The notes: generated by a model from the letters alone, not told the origin. 64,000 nucleotides of DNA from Candidatus Tidjanibacter faecipullorum (GCA_019116245.1 DXCC01000004.1:152950-216949), one strand, 5' to 3'; numbered from the stretch's first letter, positions 7,988-16,735 are shown. Translations and numbers: made by a program.

Positions 7988-10765
7988 TTGGCCAAGCAAA
8001 CCTCAAAATATCTCTGCGCGCTGATCGCCTCGGTGCTGGCGATCCAACTGGTTTTCGGCACGGGACTCCCCTCCGCAGACCGTTTGCCCTCGCGCGAATC
8101 CCTGCTCCGGCGCGGCGCCGACACGCTGACCGAACTGCCCGCAAGGGCGGACGGCCCCGTGCTGTCCCGCCCGGCAGCCGACTCCGGGGCGGCCCGTCTG
8201 GCCGCACTCCGCCCGGCCCAACCCGCCGATTCGCTGCCGCAGGCCGATTCGCTCGGCGCCGACTCCACCCGGAACGACTCGATCCTGATCAAGAACTTTC
8301 TGGACGCGGTCATCAGCGGCAAGAACACCGACTCGCTGGTGTACCGTCCCAAGGACAAGATGGTCTACATCTACCAGGAGGGCGACGTCACCTACGGCAA
8401 CATGAACCTCAAGGCCGACCTCATGCGGGTCGAGCTGGGTAGCAAGCAGATCTACGCCACGGGCGTCGTGAACGATACCACGACAGGCGCCAAGACCCGT
8501 CCCGTCTTCACGGAGGGAGCCTCGTCCTACACGATGGACACCATCCTCTACAACATCGACTCGGGCAAGGCGAAGATCAAGGGCGTGGCCACCCAGGAGG
8601 GCGAAGGCTTCCTGCTGGGCCAGGATGTCAAGAAGATGCCCGACAACACGATCAACATCATGCACGGCAAATACACCACCTGCGACCAGACCGACCACCC
8701 CCACTTCTACCTGGCCCTGCACAAGGCCAAGGTGATCCCCCAGAAGAAGGTCATCACGGGGTGGGCCTACATGGTCATGGAGGACGTGCCGCTGCCCATC
8801 GGCGTGCCGGAGGCCTTCTTCCCGCTCACGCAGGGGCGCAGTTCGGGTATCATCATTCCGAGCTACGGCGAGGAGAGCGCCCGGGGCTTCTTCCTGCGCA
8901 ACGGTGGCTACTACTGGGCCATCAACGACTACGTTGACCTGAAGCTGACCGGCAGCCTCTACACCTACGGTTCATGGGAGCTGCGCGCCGAGAGCAACTA
9001 CGCCAAGCGCTACCGCTACAACGGCCGCATCTCCGCCTCCTACGCCAAGACCATCATCGGCCAGAAGGGCGATGCCGACTATGTCAATTCGCCGAGCATG
9101 CAGCTGCTCTGGAGCCACTCGCAGGACCCGAAGGCCAACCCCGGAACCACCTTCTCGGCCTCGGTGAACTTCACCACCAGCGGCTACAGCCAGTACGTGT
9201 CGAACAACCTCAACGATATCGTCTCCACCACGACGGCTTCGACGATCAGCTATGCCCGCAACTGGACGGGCCTGCCGATCCACTTCTCGGCCACGCTGAC
9301 CGGTTCGGTCAACTCGCGCGACACGACCATCACGCTGACGCCGACCCTCCGTTTCAATACGGACAAACTCTACCCCTTCCGCCGCAAGAACCCCGTCGGC
9401 AAACAGCGCTGGTACGAGAAGATCTCCCTCTCCTACACCACCTCGCTGGCCGCCGATCTGACGGCCAAGGAGGATGAATTCTTCTCGCCGAACAGCAACC
9501 TGCTCGACAAGCTCAACAGCGGTATCACCCACTCGATTCCGGTCTCGACGTCGTTCAACCTGTTCAACTACATCAACGTCACCCCGAGCTTCAACTACAA
9601 CGCCCTGTGGGCCTTCCGCGACGTGCGGCGCACCTACGACCCCGAGGCGGAGGACCACGAGCGGCGGGATACGACCTACGGTTTCCACCACCTCAACAGC
9701 TACGACTTCAACGTGAGCGCCTCGACCAAGGTATACGGCATGTACGACTTCACGCGCCACCAGAAGTTTCCGTTGAAATACCTGCGTCACACCCTGACGC
9801 CGAGCATCGGCTTCAACTACACGCCCGACTTCGGCAATCCGCTCTACGGCTACTACCTGCCCTACCAGACCTCGGAGGACGGTACGATCGACTACTACTC
9901 GCCCTACTCCGGCAACAAGGGTACCGTGCCCAGCCGGACCAGCCACGCTGCCGCCATCACCTTCAGCCTCTCCCAGACCCTGGAGGCCAAGGTGGCCAGC
10001 AAGACCGACACCTCGGGCATGAAGAAGATCAGCATCATCGACAACTTCTCGCTCAGCGGCTCCTACAACTTCCTGAACAAGGAGTTCCCGCTGTCGACCA
10101 TCCCGCTCTCGCTCCGCATGTCGATTCCGGGCATCGAGAACTTCAACATCCAGTTCACCGGAACCCTCGACCCCTACGACATTGCCATGAACGAGAACGG
10201 CGCCTACGAACGCGTCGGACGGCTGATGATCGCCAACGGCAAGGGACTGGGCAGACTGACCAACGTCTCCACGACGCTGGGCTACACCTTCAATTCGGGC
10301 CAGTCGAACCAGCCGGCCATCAACAACCAGGCGGCCATCGTGGACCCCTTCTATTTCGACCCGAACAACCCGCTCGACCCCCTCACGCGCCGGCAGATGA
10401 TGGCGGCCACCTACTACGACTTCTCGATCCCGTGGAACCTGTCGTTCAGCTACTCGCTCTCGTACAACAACCCGGGCGGCCCCTCCCAGCGCAACGTGAC
10501 CCAGACCCTCTCGTTCAACACGAGCGTCAACATCACGCCCAAGTGGGGCCTCACCTTCAACGGCGGCTTCGACTTCATGACGGGCAAGATGACCATGGGT
10601 ACCTTCACGCTGACCCGTGACCTGCACTGCTGGCAGATGAGCTTCAGCTGGATTCCCGTGGGCAGCCGCAAGAGCTGGCAGTTCAACATCAACGTGAAGG
10701 CCTCCGCCCTGCAGGACCTGAAATACGAGAAATCGAGCTCCTACCTCGACAACATCGACTGGTAG
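7988..10765 (+). CDS. lptD: Putative LPS-assembly outer-membrane protein LptD (Bacteroidota type)
   Basis: 925 aa. Signal peptide, then about 80 aa of low-complexity P/A/D/S linker, an OstA-like region (YRPKDKMVYIYQEGDVTYGNMNLKADLMRV) and a long Y/N/S/T-rich beta-barrel. TTG start, with no in-frame ATG nearby. Confidence 0.7.
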   Translation: MAKQTSKYLCALIASVLAIQLVFGTGLPSADRLPSRESLLRRGADTLTELPARADGPVLSRPAADSGAARLAALRPAQPADSLPQADSLGADSTRNDSILIKNFLDAVISGKNTDSLVYRPKDKMVYIYQEGDVTYGNMNLKADLMRVELGSKQIYATGVVNDTTTGAKTRPVFTEGASSYTMDTILYNIDSGKAKIKGVATQEGEGFLLGQDVKKMPDNTINIMHGKYTTCDQTDHPHFYLALHKAKVIPQKKVITGWAYMVMEDVPLPIGVPEAFFPLTQGRSSGIIIPSYGEESARGFFLRNGGYYWAINDYVDLKLTGSLYTYGSWELRAESNYAKRYRYNGRISASYAKTIIGQKGDADYVNSPSMQLLWSHSQDPKANPGTTFSASVNFTTSGYSQYVSNNLNDIVSTTTASTISYARNWTGLPIHFSATLTGSVNSRDTTITLTPTLRFNTDKLYPFRRKNPVGKQRWYEKISLSYTTSLAADLTAKEDEFFSPNSNLLDKLNSGITHSIPVSTSFNLFNYINVTPSFNYNALWAFRDVRRTYDPEAEDHERRDTTYGFHHLNSYDFNVSASTKVYGMYDFTRHQKFPLKYLRHTLTPSIGFNYTPDFGNPLYGYYLPYQTSEDGTIDYYSPYSGNKGTVPSRTSHAAAITFSLSQTLEAKVASKTDTSGMKKISIIDNFSLSGSYNFLNKEFPLSTIPLSLRMSIPGIENFNIQFTGTLDPYDIAMNENGAYERVGRLMIANGKGLGRLTNVSTTLGYTFNSGQSNQPAINNQAAIVDPFYFDPNNPLDPLTRRQMMAATYYDFSIPWNLSFSYSLSYNNPGGPSQRNVTQTLSFNTSVNITPKWGLTFNGGFDFMTGKMTMGTFTLTRDLHCWQMSFSWIPVGSRKSWQFNINVKASALQDLKYEKSSSYLDNIDW

Positions 10766-10823
10766 GCCGTCCGGCCCGGCATCCGCCGTCTCCGCCGTCG
10801 GCCTCCGCAACCATACCCATTCC

Positions 10824-12905
10824 ATGACAGAACGTCCCCAGACGCGTACCGATTCCGCCGCGGAACGGAATCCGCTCACCGTACGCCCCGATACGCCGCA
10901 CGGCATGCCGCCGTTCGACCGCATCCGCATCGCCGACTACGAACCCGCCATCGACGCCGCCCTGGCCGAGGCGCGGCAGGAGGTGGCTGCCATCACACAC
11001 AACCCCGAGGCGCCGACGTTTGCCAACACCGTCGTCGCTCTCGAGCGCAGCGGTACGGCGCTCGACAACATTGCCGAGATCTTCTTTGCCCTCCACTCGG
11101 CCGAAACCTCGCCCGAGATGGACGAAGCGGCCGAGCGCATCGAGGCCAAGCTGGTCGCCTATGCCAACGACATCAACCTCGACCCCGCACTTTTTGCCCG
11201 CATCGAGGCCGTGTACCGCCAGCGGGTGGATCTCGGTCTGGATGCCGAGGATGCCATGCTGCTCGAACGTACCTACCGCGGTTTCGTCCGCGGCGGCGCA
11301 GGACTCTCCGACGAGGCGAAGACACGCTACCGGGCCATCACGCAGGGACTCTCGTCGCTCTCGCTCCGCTTCGACCGCAACGTCCTGGACGCCACCAACG
11401 CCTTCACGCTGCACATCACGCCCGAGGAATCTGACCGGCTGACCGGTCTGCCCGACTTCGTGCGCGAGAGCATGCGGGCCGAGGCGGCCGCCCGCGGCGA
11501 GGAGGGATGGACCGTCACGCTCCACGCGGCCAACTACATCCCGTTCCTCACCTATTCGCCCGACCGCGAACTGAAGGAACGGCTGTGGCGCGCCTACAAC
11601 ACCCGCTGCATCGGCGACCACGACAACCGGCAGATCGTCCTGCGGATCGTCGCCCTGCGGCTGGAACTGGCCCGGCTCTTCGGCTACCCCGACTACGCCT
11701 CCTTCGTGCTGGAGGAGCGGATGGCCGGCACGGAGGAGACCGTGCAGAACTTTCTGGCCCGCCTGCTCGACGCCACCCGCCAGCGGGCCCTCGACGAAGT
11801 GGCCCTGCTGGAGGGCTATGCCCGCGAACAGCTCTACGACGCGGATTTTCGCCTGATGCCCTGGGACTGGGCCTATGTGGCCGAACGCTACAAGCAGGCC
11901 CACTATGCCCTCAGCGACGAGGAGATCAAGCCCTACCTCGAACTCGAAAGCGTCAAGCAGGGCATCTTCCGGCTGGCCGACAAACTCTACGGGCTCCGCT
12001 TCGAGGCCAATCCCGCCATTCCGGTCTACCATCCCGACGTGACGGCCTACGAGGTGTACGAAGCCGACGGGCGCTTTCTCGGCGTCCTCTACATGGATTT
12101 CTTCCCGCGCGCCACGAAAAAGGGCGGCGCCTGGATGACCAACTACCGTCCCATGTACACGACCGCCGACGGCGAGGAGGTCCGGCCGGCCGTGACCCTG
12201 TGCGGCAATTTCACCAAGCCGACCCCCGGTACGCCGTCGCTGCTGACCTTCGACGAGCTGGAGACCTTCCTCCACGAGTTCGGCCACTGCCTGCACGGCC
12301 TGCTGGCCGAGGGACGCTACGCCTCACTGACGGGCACCTCCGTCTATCGGGACTTTGTGGAGCTTCCCTCGCAGCTGATGGAGAACTGGGCCTCCGAGAA
12401 AGCATTCCTCGACCTCTTTGCCCGCCACTACCGCACGGGCGAGGCCATGCCGCAGGCCCTCATTGACAAGATCGTCGCCGCGCGCAACTACCTGGCCGCC
12501 TACGCTAACGTCCGCCAGCTGGGCTTTGGCCTGACCGACATGGCCTGGCATACCCTCACGGCCGACGATGCCCTGCCCACGGATGTCGTGGTCTTCGAGC
12601 AGGCCGCAGCCGAACCGGCCCGCGTACTGCCGCGCATCGACGGCACCGCCCTGTCGCCCGCCTTTACCCACATCTTTGCGGGAGGCTATGCGGCCGGCTA
12701 CTACGGATACAAATGGGCCGAGGTGCTGGAGGCGGACGCCTTCGCCCTCTTCCGCGAACGGGGCATCTTCAATCGGGAAGTGGCCGACTCGTTCCGGCGG
12801 AACATTCTCTCCAAGGGAGGCAGCGAGCACCCCATGACCCTCTACATGCGCTTCCGCGGCCACCGGCCCGATCCGCAGGCCCTCATCGACAAGATACTGA
12901 AATAA
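10824..12905 (+). CDS. dcp: Peptidyl-dipeptidase Dcp (M3-family zinc metallopeptidase)
   Basis: 693 aa with the HEFGH zinc motif (FLHEFGHCLHG) and M3-family architecture. Confidence 0.85.
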   Translation: MTERPQTRTDSAAERNPLTVRPDTPHGMPPFDRIRIADYEPAIDAALAEARQEVAAITHNPEAPTFANTVVALERSGTALDNIAEIFFALHSAETSPEMDEAAERIEAKLVAYANDINLDPALFARIEAVYRQRVDLGLDAEDAMLLERTYRGFVRGGAGLSDEAKTRYRAITQGLSSLSLRFDRNVLDATNAFTLHITPEESDRLTGLPDFVRESMRAEAAARGEEGWTVTLHAANYIPFLTYSPDRELKERLWRAYNTRCIGDHDNRQIVLRIVALRLELARLFGYPDYASFVLEERMAGTEETVQNFLARLLDATRQRALDEVALLEGYAREQLYDADFRLMPWDWAYVAERYKQAHYALSDEEIKPYLELESVKQGIFRLADKLYGLRFEANPAIPVYHPDVTAYEVYEADGRFLGVLYMDFFPRATKKGGAWMTNYRPMYTTADGEEVRPAVTLCGNFTKPTPGTPSLLTFDELETFLHEFGHCLHGLLAEGRYASLTGTSVYRDFVELPSQLMENWASEKAFLDLFARHYRTGEAMPQALIDKIVAARNYLAAYANVRQLGFGLTDMAWHTLTADDALPTDVVVFEQAAAEPARVLPRIDGTALSPAFTHIFAGGYAAGYYGYKWAEVLEADAFALFRERGIFNREVADSFRRNILSKGGSEHPMTLYMRFRGHRPDPQALIDKILK

Positions 12906-12931
12906 TCCGGCCGCGCACCGCAATACAGACA

Positions 12932-12975
12932 GGCGGGGCAGAACGAATCGTTGCGTTCTGCCCCGCCCTTTTCTT
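12932..12975 (+). terminator. Rho-independent terminator downstream of dcp
   Basis: 14-bp stem GGCGGGGCAGAACG/CGTTCTGCCCCGCC followed by CTTTTCTT. Confidence 0.7.
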
Positions 12976-13160
12976 CCGGTCTTCCCAATCCGGCCCCATG
13001 CCGCCGGACCGTTCCCGAGGGGTATCCTATAATTTATACCGAACTATACAGGCCAGCCGAACCGGCCGCCGACAGCAGATCCGTCACCCTGTCCGGCCCG
13101 TCCCCTCTGCCGCCCCTCGCACGGGTTTTGCGCGCCGGAGCCCCCCCTGCCGACGGGCAC

Positions 13161-13190
13161 AAAAAAAGAGGTCACCGATGGGATGACCTC
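13161..13190 (-). terminator. Rho-independent terminator downstream of tRNA-Glu(CUC)
   Basis: On the minus strand, GAGGTCA-loop-TGACCTC followed by TTTTTTT. Confidence 0.65.
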
Positions 13191-13195
13191 TGCGT

Positions 13196-13270
13196 TGGTA
13201 CTCCATACGAGAATCGAACTCGTATTTGCAGATTGAGAATCTGCTGTCCTAACCGTTAGACGAATGGAGC
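13196..13270 (-). tRNA. tRNA-Glu (anticodon CUC), CCA encoded
   Basis: Folded by hand: GCTCCAT TC GTCT-AACGGTT-AGGAC A GCAGA TTCTCAA TCTGC AAAT ACGAG TTCGATT CTCGT ATGGAGT A CCA. Clean cloverleaf with the TTCGATT T-loop and a G1.U72 wobble. Confidence 0.85.
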
Positions 13271-13311
13271 GGTTATTGACTTCCGGAATCGTGTTGTTCT
13301 GAAAGACGGTG

Positions 13312-13319
13312 CAAAGATA
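13312..13319 (-). promoter_or_regulatory. Bacteroidota-type -7 promoter box (TAnnTTTG)
   Basis: Exact TATCTTTG on the minus strand, 41 nt upstream of the mature tRNA-Glu(CUC) 5' end. Confidence 0.45.
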
Positions 13320-13385
13320 AGTCATTTCCCCTCTCCCTGCAAATTTCCGCCCCACTTTTTTTACAAAAAGAAGCGATTATGCCCC

Positions 13386-13578
13386 CGTCGTGCCGACATG
13401 CCGGGCAAGCACCTCCCCCTCCGCATTCACGCCGGCATAGAACGAATCGTCCGACATCCAGTCACCGCCGCATTGGCCTCCAAGGCCACCTGCTCGCCTA
13501 CATACAGCAAAACCTGCGTTTCACTCGGCGTAATCTCTTGTGCCGTCTTCTTGCAACTCCAGGCACACAGGCACACAA
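13386..13578. repeat. Copy A of a ~195-nt direct repeat (partner 14105-14299)
   Basis: Aligned by eye to 14105-14299: 5 substitutions and 2 single-base gaps, about 96% identity. The flanks on both sides are unrelated. Confidence 0.9.
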
Positions 13579-13637
13579 GAAATCAGCCCTCACAACAGCA
13601 AACTACTCCATAATAATGCGGCACAATCTCTTTTCAT
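13386..13637 (-). pseudogene. Decayed, truncated tandem paralog of the Big_2 lipoprotein gene (5' module only)
   Basis: It has its own ATG (13635-13637) 23 nt after the stop of the intact gene, and a divergent signal-peptide region. It then reads CKKTAQEITPSETQVLLYVGEQVALEANAAV, broken by 1-nt deletions and stops. Homology ends at ...HVGTT, after which unrelated sequence runs into the tRNA promoter. Confidence 0.75.
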
Positions 13638-13660
13638 AATTCAACAAGATTCAAGATTAT

Positions 13661-14329
13661 TTAATAGATAAGACTATAGACTATTCCCAACGTTTCGAGC
13701 TCCGGATCAACAAGCTGGCAACGAATTAAAATTTTACCATCACGCGTGTAAAATTCCCAAAGATCACGACTTGGCCGCCAGCGTTCTTCATACCGTTCCT
13801 TGATGGCAGCAATTACCTCATCATAAGATTCCGCCTCTACGGTAAAAGTTGCCATAATGACTCCATTTTGTTGAGTTGCGGTATAAGTCATATCGGAAAG
13901 ATACGGTTCTTGGTTCTGATAAACCATCCGAGAAACCGACTGCTCCTCTGTCTCACTAATCAATTCTCGTTCCTCCATCGCTTTCAGCACCGAGGCTGAC
14001 TGCCCGAACGCCTCCAGACAAGGCTCCGTAAACGTATTGAAATAAGGTTTGACCGTCACCGTACACGTGGCACGGCCACCGTCGGCGCCCCGGGCGACAA
14101 TCGTCGTCGTGCCGACATGCCGGGCAAGCACCTCCCCCTCCGCATTCACGCTGGCATAGAACGAATCGTCCGACATCCAGTCCACCGCCGCATTGGCCTC
14201 CAAGGCCACCTGCTCGCCTACATACAGCGCAACCTGCGTTTCACTCAGCGTAATCTCTTGTGCCGTCTCCTTGCAACTCCAGGCACACAGGGCACACAAT
14301 CCCGCAAACAATAAAACAATTCGCTTCAT
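13661..14329 (-). CDS. Lipoprotein with N-terminal Big_2 (bacterial Ig-like) domain and an uncharacterised C-terminal domain
   Basis: 222 aa. Lipobox (LCAWSC), then a Big_2-like pattern (ITLSETQVALYVGEQVALEANAAVDWMSDDSFYASVNAEGEVLARHVGTTTIVARG...CTVTVKP). The C-terminal ~130 aa are encoded by conspicuously AT-rich DNA. Confidence 0.7.
   Translation of the reverse strand: MKRIVLLFAGLCALCAWSCKETAQEITLSETQVALYVGEQVALEANAAVDWMSDDSFYASVNAEGEVLARHVGTTTIVARGADGGRATCTVTVKPYFNTFTEPCLEAFGQSASVLKAMEERELISETEEQSVSRMVYQNQEPYLSDMTYTATQQNGVIMATFTVEAESYDEVIAAIKERYEERWRPSRDLWEFYTRDGKILIRCQLVDPELETLGIVYSLIY
14105..14299. repeat. Copy B of the ~195-nt direct repeat (inside the intact Big_2 gene)
   Basis: See copy A at 13386-13578. 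The ORF track shows the same antisense peptide twice (MPGKHLPLRIHAGIERIVRHPV...). Confidence 0.9.
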
Positions 14330-14353
14330 AAAAACTCATCTTTAAGGTTTAAA

Positions 14354-14361
14354 CAAAGATA
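14354..14361 (-). promoter_or_regulatory. Bacteroidota-type -7 promoter box (TAnnTTTG)
   Basis: Exact TATCTTTG on the minus strand, 24 nt upstream of the Big_2 lipoprotein ATG. Confidence 0.55.
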
Positions 14362-14431
14362 GTTATTCATCCGACACATGTCAATAAGAAAAAAACTCTT
14401 TTATTATACAAATCAGAGCGAAAGCCAACAT

Positions 14432-14467
14432 AAAAAAAGAAGGCCGCCCACTGGTTGGGCGGCCTTC
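14432..14467 (-). terminator. Rho-independent terminator downstream of rplU-rpmA
   Basis: On the minus strand, a 12-bp stem GAAGGCCGCCCA/TGGGCGGCCTTC followed by TTTTTTT. Confidence 0.8.
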
Positions 14468-14498
14468 CGTATCTGCGCGATACCTGTGTAGGGAGCGA

Positions 14499-14759
14499 TT
14501 ACTCCGTCACGGGCGTTACGCTGACATACGATCTGCCGTTGCTTTTCTTGGCGAACGAAACGGTTCCGTCAACCAGGGCGAAGAGCGTGTGGTCTTTACC
14601 CATGCCCACATTCTCGCCGGGATTATGCACCGTACCCCTCTGACGGACGATGATGTTGCCCGCCTTGGCAAATTCGCCGCCGAACAATTTCACGCCGAGT
14701 CGTTTGCTCTCCGACTCACGGCCGTTCTTGGAGCTACCTACACCTTTTTTGTGTGCCAT
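14499..14759 (-). CDS. rpmA: 50S ribosomal protein L27
   Basis: [28 protein letters not shown] is the canonical L27 N-terminus. Confidence 0.97.
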   Translation of the reverse strand: MAHKKGVGSSKNGRESESKRLGVKLFGGEFAKAGNIIVRQRGTVHNPGENVGMGKDHTLFALVDGTVSFAKKSNGRSYVSVTPVTE

Positions 14760-14782
14760 TTTCTGCGAATTTTAAGGGTTTG

Positions 14783-15094
14783 TTAAGCGATGATGTCTTC
14801 GATGAGGATCTGGGTCAGGAACTGACGGTGGCCGTTCTGAACCTGATATCCTTTTCTGCGTTTTTTCTTGAACACGATCACCTTGTCGTCTTTCAGATGA
14901 CGAAGAATCTTCGCGTTCACCGAGGCGCCTTCTACAACAGGTGCGCCCACCTTGACCTGACCGTCGTTGTCTGCAAGCAGGACTTTGTCGAAACTCACGG
15001 AGGTACCTTCGTCCCCCTGAAGACGGTTAACATAGAGTTTCCGACCTTTCTCAGCCTTAAACTGTTTGCCTGCGATTTCTACAATTACGTACAT
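14783..15094 (-). CDS. rplU: 50S ribosomal protein L21
   Basis: MYVIVEIAGKQFKAEKGRKLYVNRL is canonical L21. It lies directly upstream of rpmA. Confidence 0.97.
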   Translation of the reverse strand: MYVIVEIAGKQFKAEKGRKLYVNRLQGDEGTSVSFDKVLLADNDGQVKVGAPVVEGASVNAKILRHLKDDKVIVFKKKRRKGYQVQNGHRQFLTQILIEDIIA

Positions 15095-15129
15095 ATATTC
15101 TTTGTGAAGAATTTGCTAAAATCAGCGGA

Positions 15130-15137
15130 CAAAGATA
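15130..15137 (-). promoter_or_regulatory. Bacteroidota-type -7 promoter box (TAnnTTTG)
   Basis: Exact TATCTTTG on the minus strand, 35 nt upstream of the rplU ATG. Confidence 0.6.
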
Positions 15138-15271
15138 ACCATTCCGCACGTAACCGCCAAATTATCCGACTCTTTTCTGTCCGAAATTTCCCGGACATCC
15201 GTTCCGGACACCCCACGGCGGCCCGGATGCGAAAATCGGGGCGAAGGGATGGGAATCCGGAGCATTTCGCT

Positions 15272-15279
15272 TATTTTTG
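15272..15279 (+). promoter_or_regulatory. Bacteroidota-type -7 promoter box (TAnnTTTG)
   Basis: Exact TATTTTTG, 19 nt upstream of the ATG at 15299. Confidence 0.55.
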
Positions 15280-15298
15280 TAAGAAATACATACCCGAC

Positions 15299-16735
15299 AT
15301 GATGAAGAACCACATCCGTTGTCTCCTGCTGCTGATCGCCTCGGCAGCTTCCCTCTCGGCCCCGGCTGCCCAACCCGCCCATACCACCCGCATCGAACCG
15401 CAGCGCAACGAGCACTGGTGGGGTTGCAACGCCGACGGCCATACGCCCCAGCCGCTCGCCGCGCCGCTGGACGAGGAGGCGGGCACCCTCACCGATTCGA
15501 CCGAATTCCTGCTCTCCAGCACGGGCCGCTACCTGTGGAGCGCCCATCCCTTCACCGTTGCGATCGACGACGACGGCACGTTCATCATCACCTCCGACTA
15601 CGAAGCCGTACAGACGGCCAAAGGCGGCCGGACGTTGCGCGAGGCCTATCTCTACTGCGTCCACAAACACATCCGCCCGGCCGTTGCCGACAGCAAGGCA
15701 CTCCCCTTCCCGACTCCGCTCTACGATGCCGGCACGCCGCCTCTCTCCACCGAGATCCCCTACCGGGGCACCCTGCTGCTGCCGGACGGCTGGCAGGCCA
15801 TGCAGAACCTGCCCGATTCGGCCCTGCTGACCGTCACCCCCTACGTTCCCGCCGCCGGATGGCACTACGCCTCCCTGCGCCGGTCCAACGCCCTGCTGGA
15901 GGATGCCGACGGCCATCCGATCATCTTTCACCTGCCGGAGGGATACTTCGCCTGTCTGAACATCGGCGAGGAGGCGGTCATGAACGCCTTTGCCGAACAG
16001 CTGGCCACCACGCTGCCGGCCGGCAAGGGGACCCTACTGTGGTTCGACAGCGGCCAGATCCTGTTCCGCATCGGCAACCCAGCCCTGCGCAAAGCCTTTG
16101 CCCGCAACTGGCACACGCTGGCCGAACGGTTCGGCGCCGTGATCCGCCGTTCGGCCTATGGCACCCCCACCCAGTGGCGTCCGTTCGCCGTCTCGCCGGC
16201 CGACCTCTCGGACGGAACGATGCGCCAGACCCTGACCCGCATCCTGAATCTCGGCCTGAGCGGCTGCATCTACCCCTTCATGACCTTTACCGACTCCAAC
16301 GGCGGCATCCGGGACGAAGGCGCCTTGCTGCGCGCCACCCAGCTGGCCGCCTTTCTGCCCATCTCGGTCATACCGACCGACACGACCCGCTTTGCGGACG
16401 ACGCCAACCGCCGCGCCCTGCAGCGCACCCTGACCCTGCGCAAGGAGATGAACGACTATGTCGAGGGACTGCTCCGGGAATCGCTCACCACCCGTGAGCC
16501 GATCATCCGCCTCATGGAGTACCAATACCCCGGCCAGGGCTTCGCCGACTGCACCGACCAGTTCATGCTGGGTCCCGACTGCCTGGTTGCCCCGCTCCTC
16601 GACGGAGAGCCCCAGCGGCTCGTCCGCCTGCCGCGCGGCGCGTGGACCGCAGCGGACGGCACGAAGTACCGCGGCCCGCGGGTCATCCGGATCGATGTGA
16701 GCGACGGCTGCATGCCCGTCTTTTTCAGACGATAG
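15299..16735 (+). CDS. Secreted glycoside hydrolase family 31-like (TIM-barrel) protein
   Basis: The ORF-track ORF 14753-16735 was trimmed to ATG 15299 (MMKNHIRCLLLLIASAASLSA signal peptide), because the upstream part overlaps rplU. GH31-like C-terminal pattern: NLGLSGCIYPFMTFTDSNGG...QFMLGPDCLVAPLL...VRLPRGAWT...PVFFRR. The family call is tentative. Confidence 0.45.
   Translation: MMKNHIRCLLLLIASAASLSAPAAQPAHTTRIEPQRNEHWWGCNADGHTPQPLAAPLDEEAGTLTDSTEFLLSSTGRYLWSAHPFTVAIDDDGTFIITSDYEAVQTAKGGRTLREAYLYCVHKHIRPAVADSKALPFPTPLYDAGTPPLSTEIPYRGTLLLPDGWQAMQNLPDSALLTVTPYVPAAGWHYASLRRSNALLEDADGHPIIFHLPEGYFACLNIGEEAVMNAFAEQLATTLPAGKGTLLWFDSGQILFRIGNPALRKAFARNWHTLAERFGAVIRRSAYGTPTQWRPFAVSPADLSDGTMRQTLTRILNLGLSGCIYPFMTFTDSNGGIRDEGALLRATQLAAFLPISVIPTDTTRFADDANRRALQRTLTLRKEMNDYVEGLLRESLTTREPIIRLMEYQYPGQGFADCTDQFMLGPDCLVAPLLDGEPQRLVRLPRGAWTAADGTKYRGPRVIRIDVSDGCMPVFFRR

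Noticed and set aside
13386-14299. Whether the ~195-nt repeat pair is a diversity-generating retroelement (template and variable repeat).
   Set aside because: The differences between the copies are C/T, AA/GC, G/A and T/C substitutions plus two 1-nt indels. They are not adenine-specific. No reverse transcriptase or accessory gene is present in the window.
13161-14467. Whether the AT-rich islet is an integrative mobile element inserted at tRNA-Glu.
   Set aside because: I found no integrase, recombinase or transposase ORF, and no direct repeat of the tRNA 3' end on the far side of the islet. The islet is under 1.2 kb. I report it only as a compositional anomaly.
14753-15298. N-terminal extensions in the ORF track. 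Examples: 14753 for the GH31-like gene, 19057 for the M24 peptidase, 43545 for argS, 48781 for dxs, 52291 for prfA, 53540 for relA, 59101 for upp, 59753 for the GNAT gene, 62026 for hxlR, 31642 for DUF1848.
   Set aside because: The extensions overlap neighbouring genes, promoter boxes or terminator hairpins, and they begin with GTG/TTG or arginine-rich non-protein-like sequence. In each case an ATG follows that gives the canonical family N-terminus.
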